The position numbers were made by a program, and so were the translations under genes. 64,000 nt of DNA, taken from the NCBI GenBank assembly GCA_028343615.1, contig JAOLZA010000002.1, positions 1,515 through 65,514 of the forward strand. The letters are read 5' to 3'. The stretch comes from Verrucomicrobiota bacterium. GTDB taxonomy: Bacteria; Verrucomicrobiota; Verrucomicrobiia; Limisphaerales; UBA1100. The notes below the pieces were generated by a model that made no database searches, had not been told where the DNA came from, and saw only the letters and a list, made by a program, of their open reading frames with translations. Below are positions 50,013-59,719 of this stretch, piece by piece; within the stretch, counting starts at the first letter, position 1; each line of letters begins with the position of its first letter.

Positions 50013-51141
50013 CTACTTATCCCGAAGTCCGTGCCACCATGCGGGCTTTAGATTCCCTGTCACTGGTGAAATAATATTACTCATTGGATCGTCTTCAACA
50101 CTTTTTGGAATACGAACCCATACTTTTCCATATGTGGTAGAGTGAACATCATATATATATTGATCATCCATTCCGCCTATTTCTTTCTGGCCAATTATTC
50201 CAATCCCAGACTTCTTAAAAAATTGATAGGTAAGCTTTATGGCTTCAGCCGTTGTCCGGGCATTCTTGAAATAATAGGCGGTTCTCTTGTTCTTCCCATC
50301 ACCCATTGGTTTTGGTGCTTTAACGGAAAAGACATTGGAGGGATTTGCCCCTTTTACGAAGCAAAGATCAAGCAAAGCATGGAGTCTTCCAAGCGCAGCG
50401 TGATGGATGTAACCCTCACATTGAACATAATTAAACCCTTCGGAACAACATCGCCGAATTACATCCAGATCCGCCTTAGCATACTCCTCCGTTGGTCTTA
50501 ATTTACCTGAAGCAAGTCTCCCAGTTGAAACTAACTTGTTACTACCGTAATTCGGATGCACAAACTCACACAAAAACTCATATACATCTTTGATTTTATT
50601 TACTTCTTTTTCTAAATCGTTGAGTAAGTCATTTACATGTATTGCCTGGACTGTCCTGCTAGATTCCCCCCTGGTTTTTTTGCCGTAAAAGATACGGCGA
50701 ATGAATTCTTTTGACTTTTGTAAGACAGCTAAAATCTTTTCTTCGGACTGCTGGCCTTCGAGATCGTCCACTAATTTATCTACGTGCTGTCCAACCGCTG
50801 AAAATGTCGCAATATGCTCGACCATGGATCGCCGTTATTTGCAAGTGAAATTGGGTTTTTTTGATAACTGCATGTTCTATCCCGTCTGCAAGGAAGTGTA
50901 TTTTCCATAAGATCACCTCAAATATGAAAAATGTTTGATCTACAACCTCAAAAAGAGAGGTTGAAATCTCCTTCAATGTTCCGGTTATCGATTCGGATCG
51001 CTCAGAATATTTTTCGCGATATTTTTTCATCTGAGAGTCATAATCACTAAAAGTTGATCGTCCTTTCTGTGAGCTTCTGAATTCTTTAATGAGACATAAT
51101 AATCTCTGTTTCGGTGTGTGATCTGGCGGTTGTTCAGGCAT
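50013..51141 (-). pseudogene. Frameshifted AT-rich hypothetical gene (ORFs 50776-51141 and 50013-50825), possibly DUF5677/HEPN-like
   Basis: Two overlapping same-strand ORFs in different frames joined near an A7 run (50856-50862); YEFLCEFVHPN motif; could be an assembly error. Confidence 0.55.
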
Positions 51142-51229
51142 AAAAATATTACTTAAGATTTAATCTAGTCTGCAAAACTCAAAATTGCTTGTTTATTTTG
51201 ATTAATTGATTTAGACAAAATGGCTCTAA

Positions 51230-52771
51230 TTAATGGCTGTTTAATTGCTTTTGTTCTTCAATGCAAATCAGTTCTTTTAAAGTACGCGCGTACAAACGGG
51301 AGGCCGAGTATGATAGTGAAGATAAGGTCCATGTTTGACCCTGAGGGCCAAGATCGCTTACCGACACCAGTGCACTTTGATCCAGCACCTTTGAACGCCA
51401 GTTAATCACATAAACAGTCCCCACCATTGTCGGGATATACATCCGATTTCCAACAACGATCGGGCTTGCTGCGGAGACATGCCCCCACCCGTTTCCCGCA
51501 TTCCGCTTATCCTGCGTAGCCCGATATCCATCCGCGTTCTTCATGTCGTTTGGGAGAGTTTTTTTCCAGCGCATTTCCTCATTAGCACCCTTTTTACGCA
51601 AAGCCTGCACAGGAACCTGTAGGTACTCGACTCTGCCTGTAGAAAGTTGCACGCGGCCAATTAGAAAACCGGCGAAGGAGCGAAAATAGTGATAATCACC
51701 AACGATCAGGTTCGTAAAATAAGTTATAGGTTTGCGGGCTTTTGGAAGTGTTTGATTTTTTCGCGTCACGTATTGGCCGGTCTCCCAACGAGTAAGAGTA
51801 ACTCCCTTCACGAGTGAAACAACCTTCACTAGCTTACCTGTTTCTATATTCAATGAATGATGTTCCTTGCCGATGAAGAAGTGAGCTGATCTGGAATCCC
51901 AGTTAGCATTTTGAGCTGCCGGATACTTTTGGATAGCGACATCCCAAATACGTCTTCCGGTTTTAGCATTAAGCAGAGAGAGACCATAGGGTTCTTCAGG
52001 GGGTTGGTGCCCTCCGCCACGGCCAGTAAGAATGGCGGGGGAACCATTAGCCGACTGCCCAAGAATAGATGTGGAATGAACGCTCGAGGCGCTTTCGGCC
52101 TTCCAAATCTGCTTGCCAGTAGATAAATCGTACGCCTGTAAATAAGTCCAATATTTTTTCCCTCGCCCCAACGGGTGCGACCCCGATTTTGTTGCGGCCG
52201 ATGGAGGGAGATCATAGCAAGGGGCATGCATCAGGATCACGTTACCATCATGAAGAATCGGCTCATGGGCTCGGGCGTGATGCCTTCCAAAAGGTGTCCA
52301 GGTATGAACCCATTTTTCTTTGCCCTCATAATCAAAACACTTTATCGCACCTCCAACATTAGTGAAGACAACGTGCTGACCATTAGCCACGGGTGAAGCG
52401 GCTGTGTTGTCGTTAAAGAGACTTGAGAGATCCGTGACCCTCGTCCCGGGAATCTTACGGCGCCAAAGTTCCTTGCCAGTTTTAGCGTCGAAACAAAGAC
52501 CAAGAATATCCGAACCTGTTTCGGTATCCTTCAAGAGGGGTTCATGGGAAGTAATGAATACGCGTCCGCGCGATACGATCGGGGTCCCTTGCCCGGTGCT
52601 TGGCAATGGAACACGCCATAGAACATTTTGATTTTTTGAAACACTAAAGGCCTTAGGAGCCTCCCCCTTAACTTGAAAATTATGATCGGGACCAGAAGCC
52701 TGAGGCCAATCCGCAGACATGGCACCGATGACTAGAAAATACTGAAATAAAAAAACGGCGAGCCTCTTCAT
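51230..52771 (-). CDS. PQQ-like beta-propeller repeat protein
   Basis: Signal peptide, DWPQASGP, NVLWRVPLP..GQGTPIV, FDAKTGKELW, LYARTLKELICI. Confidence 0.88.
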   Translation of the reverse strand: MKRLAVFLFQYFLVIGAMSADWPQASGPDHNFQVKGEAPKAFSVSKNQNVLWRVPLPSTGQGTPIVSRGRVFITSHEPLLKDTETGSDILGLCFDAKTGKELWRRKIPGTRVTDLSSLFNDNTAASPVANGQHVVFTNVGGAIKCFDYEGKEKWVHTWTPFGRHHARAHEPILHDGNVILMHAPCYDLPPSAATKSGSHPLGRGKKYWTYLQAYDLSTGKQIWKAESASSVHSTSILGQSANGSPAILTGRGGGHQPPEEPYGLSLLNAKTGRRIWDVAIQKYPAAQNANWDSRSAHFFIGKEHHSLNIETGKLVKVVSLVKGVTLTRWETGQYVTRKNQTLPKARKPITYFTNLIVGDYHYFRSFAGFLIGRVQLSTGRVEYLQVPVQALRKKGANEEMRWKKTLPNDMKNADGYRATQDKRNAGNGWGHVSAASPIVVGNRMYIPTMVGTVYVINWRSKVLDQSALVSVSDLGPQGQTWTLSSLSYSASRLYARTLKELICIEEQKQLNSH

Positions 52772-52790
52772 TAGTCTGAATACAATAAAT

Positions 52791-55700
52791 TCAAATACCG
52801 CCCACAGGCTTGAACTTTGCGGATGATCCGGGAACTTGAATCAGTTCGACACGCAGCCCGGTTTCACCCCGTTTAGCACGGTCGATAGCGAAAGTCATCG
52901 TCCTGCGTCCTTTATCCAAATGGATGAATCGCGTGAGGTCTGTCACCTCCTTGCCTTCAACCCAAAGACGGAGTCCTTTGGCATCGTTAAGCTGCAGCTT
53001 TAGATTTCCGGCAACCAGAATGTCAATATATCCGCGGGCGTAGACGACCTTGCCATGACCGAGATCAGCCGCAGGCAGTTCCCCATTGACCATGCTATAG
53101 GCGGGCAGCCAGAGAGCTTTTGCGGAAGGTATTGAGCCCGGTTGATCTCCATCTTTAATACGCCACTTGCGAATGACGGGGCTTTCATCATTGGCGTAAG
53201 GGCCAGGGCGTCCCAGTAACGAGACGAACTTAGCCAGATCAAGGAATTCCTGACGCGTCTGCAACTGATCAGCAAGCCCGGCAGGCATGAGAGAGGGCAT
53301 CGGTTTCATTTTGCGGACTTTATTCATCGGTATCTTGACTTCTTTGCCACCTAGAGCGGAGTCCTGCAAGACAACCTCCTTTTCACTCTGAAAAGTGATC
53401 GTACCCATGTGAATCGCTCCATCGATTAAGGTAATCAATTTGTTTTCGTAATGCTGGGCAATGGCCTTGTTCGGTTGAAGTATGGCCTCGATAATATAAT
53501 CGGTCTGGGCAGCTGCTCCGACCGCAACCAGATTGGGCCCGATATGAGAACCCGCCGGCCCAATGGCATGGCAACTGAAACAAGCCAAGGCCTTACGGCG
53601 ATACACGTTTTCACCACGAACGGGATCCCCCAACTTGGCAACATCAGCGGTGAGTGTCTTACGGTTTTCTTTAATCAATAAAGCACTGAGCGATTTCGGG
53701 GTTGAGGGGTGAAAGATGTTCTCGAGCGATTTGGGCAACTGTCCGGTGCGCCGATGGTACTCGGCCAGTTGGTCCACCACCTGTGGATGTGGCTTCTTTC
53801 CCTCCAAAGCCCTGGTCAGGGCATTGCTTCCGCCCGATAGCCGGGTGAAAGCTTGAACGAGGGCCGCCGGATCGGATTGACCGGGAGCCTGAACGAATAG
53901 TCCTGCCGAAGCTTCTGCTGCTTCGTTCAGATCGGTCACAATCAAACCAAACACAGCGAAATAACGTTCTGAAAGGCTACCATTTTGAGCGAGGCTTCTT
54001 AACGAATTCGCCGCTTCGCCTCCGTTCAATTGACCCAGAGAAACTGCTGCAGCTTGGCGGACAGAAGTAGCCCTTTTATCATCACGCAATATTTTGAATA
54101 AATCAGGGTCTGAACCCTTCAATTGCCAGACTCCAAGATTGGCTATGGCAGAAACCGCCACGGCATCATCCGTGTGATGGAGAAGCTCTTTCAGAGGGGA
54201 AACCCTTTGGCCAAGGGAAAAATCACCGCGCCGGCCTACTTGTGCCAACCCATCAAGCAGGACAAGCGTGACTTCAGGCGAAGTCTTCGCACCTTTCTGG
54301 CCGAGGGAATCCACCACCATACGGGCCTGCCGAATGGTTCCATCAGAGATCAAACGATTCGCGATCGATCGAGTTTCCTCAAGGCCGGGAGTTTCCTTCT
54401 TTAAATAGGAGTCCAGACGTTTATCGAAACCAAGACCCGCCTCACGCTCCGCAAACTCCCGGTGGGATTCCTTATCAAACTTCAATTTTCCCGTTTCAAA
54501 GGCCGGGCGCCAGTAGCGCTCAAGGGCGGTCACAGCCTGTGGAAGGGCAAGCGCGATAAACTTATCCTGTTTGTGATCCAGCGCGTTTAATGCGGCTGGA
54601 AAGGCCTTGGCATCCGGTATGAACCCAGCGGAAAGAACAGCCTCCATTCGCACTCGGGGAAATTTATCCCCGGAAAGTTGGGCAATCATTCCCACCGGAT
54701 CGGACAAGTCACGATGCCAGTAACGAATCACGCGAGCCCCCGCCGAACGAGCATGCCCATCCTTGGACAGCAATACCCTTTTCAAAATAGCTTCACTGGA
54801 TCGTTCCACGTTTTGACAAGCCCACATCGCTTCCACTAAATGATGCGAGTAATCTGAATCAGAAGAATCCAGTGTTTTCACCCATGCCTCAGCTGCCATG
54901 AGCACCTTGGCCGGTTCGTGTTCGCTCAATTCCTTTCGGGCCTGATGGCGTATCCACGCTTCAGGACTTTTAAGATACTGAATCAATCTCTGGACTGGGG
55001 CGTTGACCAGTTCGGGGCGTTTTACTAGCGGACGATTCTTGGCGGTAATCCGCCAGATGCGCCCGTGATCATGGTCGCGCCGGGGATCGCGAAAGTCACG
55101 TTTTGCATGATTGATAATCGAGTTGTACCAGTCGGCTACATAAACCGCCCCATCGGGGCCAATCTTGCAATCCACTGGGCGAAAGTTCGGGTGTTTAGAA
55201 GCGATCAATGGCTTGATAACCTTGGCACTGTAGCCGGCCCCATCTTCGATCAGTTCATAGCGGACAATCGTGCGGCTCTTGAACCGGCACGTGAGCAGTT
55301 GTCCCCGAATGTCCGGCGGCAAATGAGTGCCGGTCGCCAGATCCCCGCCGCATTGTTTCTCCGTGCTGATCAGCGGGGTAAGTCGAACGCTTTGGCTGCT
55401 GTTACCTGAGGCTGGCGTGAGATACATGATGCGTGGGTTGTTCACCATGAATGACTGACCCCAACGGTCAAACACATGTCCCCACGGGTTCCCCCCCGTG
55501 CCTCGGCAGAACATTTTCAACTGTTGTGTACGCGGGTTGTATTGGTACACGCCGCCATTGAAGTTGCGCACGACCCCATACTGCGTCTCAACCTGTGTGT
55601 GCAGGAAAATGCCTTCCTGAAAATAAACCCATCCTCCCGGCCCACGCCGCCAGGCGCTGATTGAGTGATGACTGTCCTCAATGCCAAAACCGGTCAGCGC

Positions 55701-56192
55701 CACCTTCTTCACATCGGCCACATCATCGCCATCGGTATCCTTGAAAAAGAAGACGTCCGGTGACTGCGCCACATAACAGCCTCCATTAGCCAACTCGATG
55801 CCGGTAGGAAGATAAAGGCCATCGGCAAAAACAGTCGACTTGTCAGCTTTGCCATCCTGATTAGTGTCCTCAAGAATAATGATCTTGTCATTGGCCTTCT
55901 GCCCGGGCTTTAGCTGCGGATAGGCCCATGAACAGGCGACCCACAAGCGCCCCTTCGAATCCCATACCATATGGATCGGGTTGGCGAACATGGGCTCAGA
56001 GGCAAAGAGGTTGACCTCGTAGCCCGGCATCAATTCAAAGTTCGCCTGTTCCACCGCCGGGTCATGATTGGTCATGAGGGATAAATCTGCCCCCTGAAGA
56101 TTACGCTTATTCAGGCCGGCTGCCGGATCTTGTGAAAGAACACTTTCGGCAGTGGCCAGAATGACTGTCGCTAATATCAGTATTCGATTCAT
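52791..56192 (-). CDS. PVC-type heme-binding CxxCH dehydrogenase (propeller + HEAT repeats + cytochrome c)
   Basis: FASEPMFANPI, FRPVDCKIGPDGAVYVADW, GDPVRGE...CFSCH...IGPNL, SLMPAGL; ATGA overlap with upstream gene. Confidence 0.92.
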   Translation of the reverse strand: MNRILILATVILATAESVLSQDPAAGLNKRNLQGADLSLMTNHDPAVEQANFELMPGYEVNLFASEPMFANPIHMVWDSKGRLWVACSWAYPQLKPGQKANDKIIILEDTNQDGKADKSTVFADGLYLPTGIELANGGCYVAQSPDVFFFKDTDGDDVADVKKVALTGFGIEDSHHSISAWRRGPGGWVYFQEGIFLHTQVETQYGVVRNFNGGVYQYNPRTQQLKMFCRGTGGNPWGHVFDRWGQSFMVNNPRIMYLTPASGNSSQSVRLTPLISTEKQCGGDLATGTHLPPDIRGQLLTCRFKSRTIVRYELIEDGAGYSAKVIKPLIASKHPNFRPVDCKIGPDGAVYVADWYNSIINHAKRDFRDPRRDHDHGRIWRITAKNRPLVKRPELVNAPVQRLIQYLKSPEAWIRHQARKELSEHEPAKVLMAAEAWVKTLDSSDSDYSHHLVEAMWACQNVERSSEAILKRVLLSKDGHARSAGARVIRYWHRDLSDPVGMIAQLSGDKFPRVRMEAVLSAGFIPDAKAFPAALNALDHKQDKFIALALPQAVTALERYWRPAFETGKLKFDKESHREFAEREAGLGFDKRLDSYLKKETPGLEETRSIANRLISDGTIRQARMVVDSLGQKGAKTSPEVTLVLLDGLAQVGRRGDFSLGQRVSPLKELLHHTDDAVAVSAIANLGVWQLKGSDPDLFKILRDDKRATSVRQAAAVSLGQLNGGEAANSLRSLAQNGSLSERYFAVFGLIVTDLNEAAEASAGLFVQAPGQSDPAALVQAFTRLSGGSNALTRALEGKKPHPQVVDQLAEYHRRTGQLPKSLENIFHPSTPKSLSALLIKENRKTLTADVAKLGDPVRGENVYRRKALACFSCHAIGPAGSHIGPNLVAVGAAAQTDYIIEAILQPNKAIAQHYENKLITLIDGAIHMGTITFQSEKEVVLQDSALGGKEVKIPMNKVRKMKPMPSLMPAGLADQLQTRQEFLDLAKFVSLLGRPGPYANDESPVIRKWRIKDGDQPGSIPSAKALWLPAYSMVNGELPAADLGHGKVVYARGYIDILVAGNLKLQLNDAKGLRLWVEGKEVTDLTRFIHLDKGRRTMTFAIDRAKRGETGLRVELIQVPGSSAKFKPVGGI

Positions 56193-57445
56193 GGAATGAG
56201 AGGAGTAACGGGAACCAGACGCCATTGCCGGTTCTTGAGCCGGATGCCGGCTCGCAGAGCCTCGTCTTTTTGGTTCGTGAGTTCATTGAATTCAATAACT
56301 TCAGCAGGCAAAGCGCGGCCACTGGGTGACTTTCGCCGTTCACCCACAATGTGAACCTGATTGAGTGCCTTCCAGCTATAAACAAAATGTGCATTTTTAT
56401 CGTAAATTGATTTACGGTAGGATTCCAGATTCACATGGGTCGGGGTTGAACTAAGACCAAGCCCAGCCGCCCACTGGACATGATTTGCAGTGGCCACCGG
56501 CTTACCTTCTACCACAAGCCGGTAATTTCCGGGCGCAAGATTCTTTATCATCAACTGGTCTAGATTACGCTTGAGCTGTGGGTGCCCTTGCCCTTTCACC
56601 GGCGCAGCAAGACTAGGCCAAGCGAGTTCCTGCACGGCGAAAGAGAGAGTTTTGCCCTTTGATTTCACATCGGAAATATTTGCGCCTCGCCCTGAAGCCC
56701 TGCCTGTCTTTGCATCCACACTCAATAACCATGGCGCCTCGCCAGGCAGCAAGGCATCGGCCAAGGTGCGACTTACACACCAGTAACCGTAGTCATTTAG
56801 ATTAATCCCGTTATCGGTCAACCTTGGTGTGTTTTTGCCTTTCATCAGCTCGGTGGTCGGCCCGTATAAATCCACAAATGGCACGCCCGTTTTGGAAGCT
56901 GTCTCGCTCATTATGCGGGTATATGCAGATAATTCACGGTTGCGCTCCTCCCAACGGGGTGTCTGTAGCCCTAGATTTTCATAGGCAATCGGCGAGACTA
57001 GAACCAGACGCACCTCAGATTTTCCGTTGTATTTCTTTCCACGATGAGAAACGATAAAGGCAGTCAAATTATTCTTAAACTCCACCAATGCCGATTCACC
57101 CGCAAACGACTCCCCCATGCCAAAACATACGATAATCACATCAGTCTTATGCGCCGCAAGTGTTGATGCCTCCGTGGGGAAATTCGTCGGTCGATCACGG
57201 GCTGTGAGCATGTCTCCTGCCCACCCAAGATTCCGGATGGAAACAGGGTTGCCCATTGAACGCTGCAAGAGCAACGTTTCCAGAAAGCCGTGAGAGCGCA
57301 GTTGATCAGCGAAGGTGTTGCCCACAAACGCAATATGATCCCCGGGGCGAACTGGCGACTCGGCAGCATTTATTGGAGCCTCGATTATCCACAGAGCCAT
57401 CCCAAGCATAGCTGCCAACCGAGATGAAGAAATGCACTTTTTCAT
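56189..57445 (-). CDS. SGNH/GDSL hydrolase-fold protein with atypical catalytic residues
   Basis: IAFVGNT (block I), RNLGWAGD, FGMGES, LTDNGINLN (block V). Confidence 0.8.
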   Translation of the reverse strand: MKKCISSSRLAAMLGMALWIIEAPINAAESPVRPGDHIAFVGNTFADQLRSHGFLETLLLQRSMGNPVSIRNLGWAGDMLTARDRPTNFPTEASTLAAHKTDVIIVCFGMGESFAGESALVEFKNNLTAFIVSHRGKKYNGKSEVRLVLVSPIAYENLGLQTPRWEERNRELSAYTRIMSETASKTGVPFVDLYGPTTELMKGKNTPRLTDNGINLNDYGYWCVSRTLADALLPGEAPWLLSVDAKTGRASGRGANISDVKSKGKTLSFAVQELAWPSLAAPVKGQGHPQLKRNLDQLMIKNLAPGNYRLVVEGKPVATANHVQWAAGLGLSSTPTHVNLESYRKSIYDKNAHFVYSWKALNQVHIVGERRKSPSGRALPAEVIEFNELTNQKDEALRAGIRLKNRQWRLVPVTPLIP

Positions 57446-57447
57446 GA

Positions 57448-58326
57448 CTACTGTTTCTTGCGTGGCTTCTTATCCGCCCGCTCGATTTTCCAAGTGGAAA
57501 TCTTATCATCAGATTTTGGCAGGGGTTTACTGACTGCCCAACACACACTATTGAGGAGCATGCGCGTGAAGGACTCCTCGGCAAAGTCACCGGGATGGCC
57601 CAGTGAAGTGTAGAATACCTTGCCGCCCCACTCGTTTTCCCAGGCGAAAGCAACTGGCGCTGTCTCGAATTCCTTCACCTGAATTTCGCCAAAGCGCTTT
57701 TTTACCAGGCGCGCCCGACCCTTGCCGCTACCGGTTACCAAAGGCAGGCAGCCCTTTTCCAATCGCGCCAAGTATAAGGTGCCGGGCGAGACCCATTTGG
57801 TTTTGGCCACATTAGTCATAATCGGGTGCTTGGCGTTCTCAAGAGTTACCTTAATATCCGTCGTCCCGCCCTGATGCACAATGTAGGGCGTGCCCAATGC
57901 GCGGCGACCAAAGTCATCATTCCAATCATAGCGCGGATGGTCTTTGGGATATTTGAAAGCGTGATTTGCCGTTCGTAAACCGATCACTGGCTTGCCTGAT
58001 TTAATATAATCTTCGATCGGTTTCCATTCCTCGTCAGGCAACTTCAAAAAACGCGTGAAGAAAATCGCCACATCGGCATCATTCAAGGCCTTGATTCCCG
58101 ACAAGACATTCTCAGTCTTTTTCTCCGGATTGCCCTGTCCCATAACCACCGTAGTGCGAAACCCAAACCGTTCGAGTTCTTTGGCAAAAACCGGCATCGT
58201 CAGCTCCGGGGAATAATGCAAGGTACCCACAACCAGTACGGCGTGCGGTTTCTTTTCTTCAGCTTTGACTAAACCTCCGAGAAAAACCAAAAGGCCGACG
58301 AATAGAAGGGAATTAAATGTTTTCAA
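57448..58326 (-). CDS. ThuA-like secreted protein
   Basis: TTG start; PVIGLRTANHAF, HPIMTNV, KVFYTSLGHP, LLNSVCWA. Confidence 0.82.
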   Translation of the reverse strand: MKTFNSLLFVGLLVFLGGLVKAEEKKPHAVLVVGTLHYSPELTMPVFAKELERFGFRTTVVMGQGNPEKKTENVLSGIKALNDADVAIFFTRFLKLPDEEWKPIEDYIKSGKPVIGLRTANHAFKYPKDHPRYDWNDDFGRRALGTPYIVHQGGTTDIKVTLENAKHPIMTNVAKTKWVSPGTLYLARLEKGCLPLVTGSGKGRARLVKKRFGEIQVKEFETAPVAFAWENEWGGKVFYTSLGHPGDFAEESFTRMLLNSVCWAVSKPLPKSDDKISTWKIERADKKPRKKQ

Positions 58327-58335
58327 AAGAGTTTA

Positions 58336-59718
58336 TTATGCAATCAGTTCCTTAATCACCTGACCGCCAAATTGACTGAGTTGCTTGTAACGGCCCCCAT
58401 GAAAGTAGGTCAACTTATTGTCATCAAGTCCAAGAAGATGTAGCAAGGTCACGTGCAGGTCTCGGATGGGATGAGCCACTTCGGCGGCTTCGGCCCCAAT
58501 CTCATCTGTTGCCCCAACGATCGCCCCTTTTTTGACTCCACCTCCGGCCATTAACATGGTCATGGCATCCACATTATGCCCCCGCCCGAGTGCATATACT
58601 CCCCCACGGCGGTTATTGTCCGGCGTGCGCCCAAATTCTCCGGTCCAGATGACCAGTGTATCATCGAGCATACCGCGCTCTTTTAGATCCTTGATTAAGG
58701 CGGTCATGGGCTTATCAACACTCCGGATACGTGAAGAGTGACCGCGCTCCAGATAATCGTGACTATCCCAACCGCCGGAAAAAATCTGCACAAACCGCAC
58801 GCCTTTTTCCACCATACGCCGCGCCATTAAACACTGCCTTCCAAATTCAGCGGTTTCCTTTTTATTCATGCCATAGGCTTCACGGACATGTTCAGGCTCT
58901 TTTTTCAAATCAATGACGCCGGGCACCTCGGTCTGCATCCGGTAAGCCAATTCATAGCTTTCCATACGGGCAGCAAGGTCAGCGTGCTCGGGATTTTTTT
59001 TGGCATGACGTTGGTTTAGAAAAGCCAGTTCATCCAAGGCCCGGCGTTGGTGCTCACGGGTCTTGTGTTTGGGGGCGTGCAAATCCAGAATGGGTGAACC
59101 CGTTGGGCGCAGTCGCGTTCCCTGGTAATGAGCCGGTAAAAAGCCGTTGCTCCAGTTGCGCGAACCACCCTGAGGCAAAGCGAGTTCACTCATCACCACG
59201 TAACCTGGAAGATTCTGATTTATTGTTCCAAGGCCATAATTCACCCAGGAACCCAAAGCCGGATCACCCCCCAAACGGCTTCCGGTGTTCATATGGAAGA
59301 GTGCTTCAGGGTGGTTCAATGACTCGGCCTGACAACCCCGATAATTACACAATTCATCAGCCACCTCAGGCAAGTGTACCCATTGGTCACTCATATCCAT
59401 TCCTGACTGGCCCACCTTGCGCGATTTGAAGGGACTACCCACATAGAAGCGGAAACCGGTGGCTAAACCAGCCGACCGTTTCGATTCAGCCTTGTGTTTG
59501 GCATTAAGCTTTGGCTTCGGATCAAAGGTATCCATCTGACTGGGACCGCCTTCCATGAAGAGCATAATCACCGCCTTGGCCTTGGGCTCGTGCATGGGCT
59601 TCTTGGGAGCCAAGGGGCCAGCCGCTTCCTTGGCCATAAGATCAGTCATGGCAACAGCGCCGAGTGAACTCCCCAATCCATAGAGGAAATCCCGGCGGCG
59701 CAATGAAGCGGTGTTCAT
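58336..59718 (-). CDS. DUF1501 family protein (Tat signal)
   Basis: RRRDFL, LFMEGGPSQMDTFDPKP, WDSH, GEFGRTP, GRGHN. Confidence 0.93.
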   Translation of the reverse strand: MNTASLRRRDFLYGLGSSLGAVAMTDLMAKEAAGPLAPKKPMHEPKAKAVIMLFMEGGPSQMDTFDPKPKLNAKHKAESKRSAGLATGFRFYVGSPFKSRKVGQSGMDMSDQWVHLPEVADELCNYRGCQAESLNHPEALFHMNTGSRLGGDPALGSWVNYGLGTINQNLPGYVVMSELALPQGGSRNWSNGFLPAHYQGTRLRPTGSPILDLHAPKHKTREHQRRALDELAFLNQRHAKKNPEHADLAARMESYELAYRMQTEVPGVIDLKKEPEHVREAYGMNKKETAEFGRQCLMARRMVEKGVRFVQIFSGGWDSHDYLERGHSSRIRSVDKPMTALIKDLKERGMLDDTLVIWTGEFGRTPDNNRRGGVYALGRGHNVDAMTMLMAGGGVKKGAIVGATDEIGAEAAEVAHPIRDLHVTLLHLLGLDDNKLTYFHGGRYKQLSQFGGQVIKELIA

Positions 59719-59719
59719 A

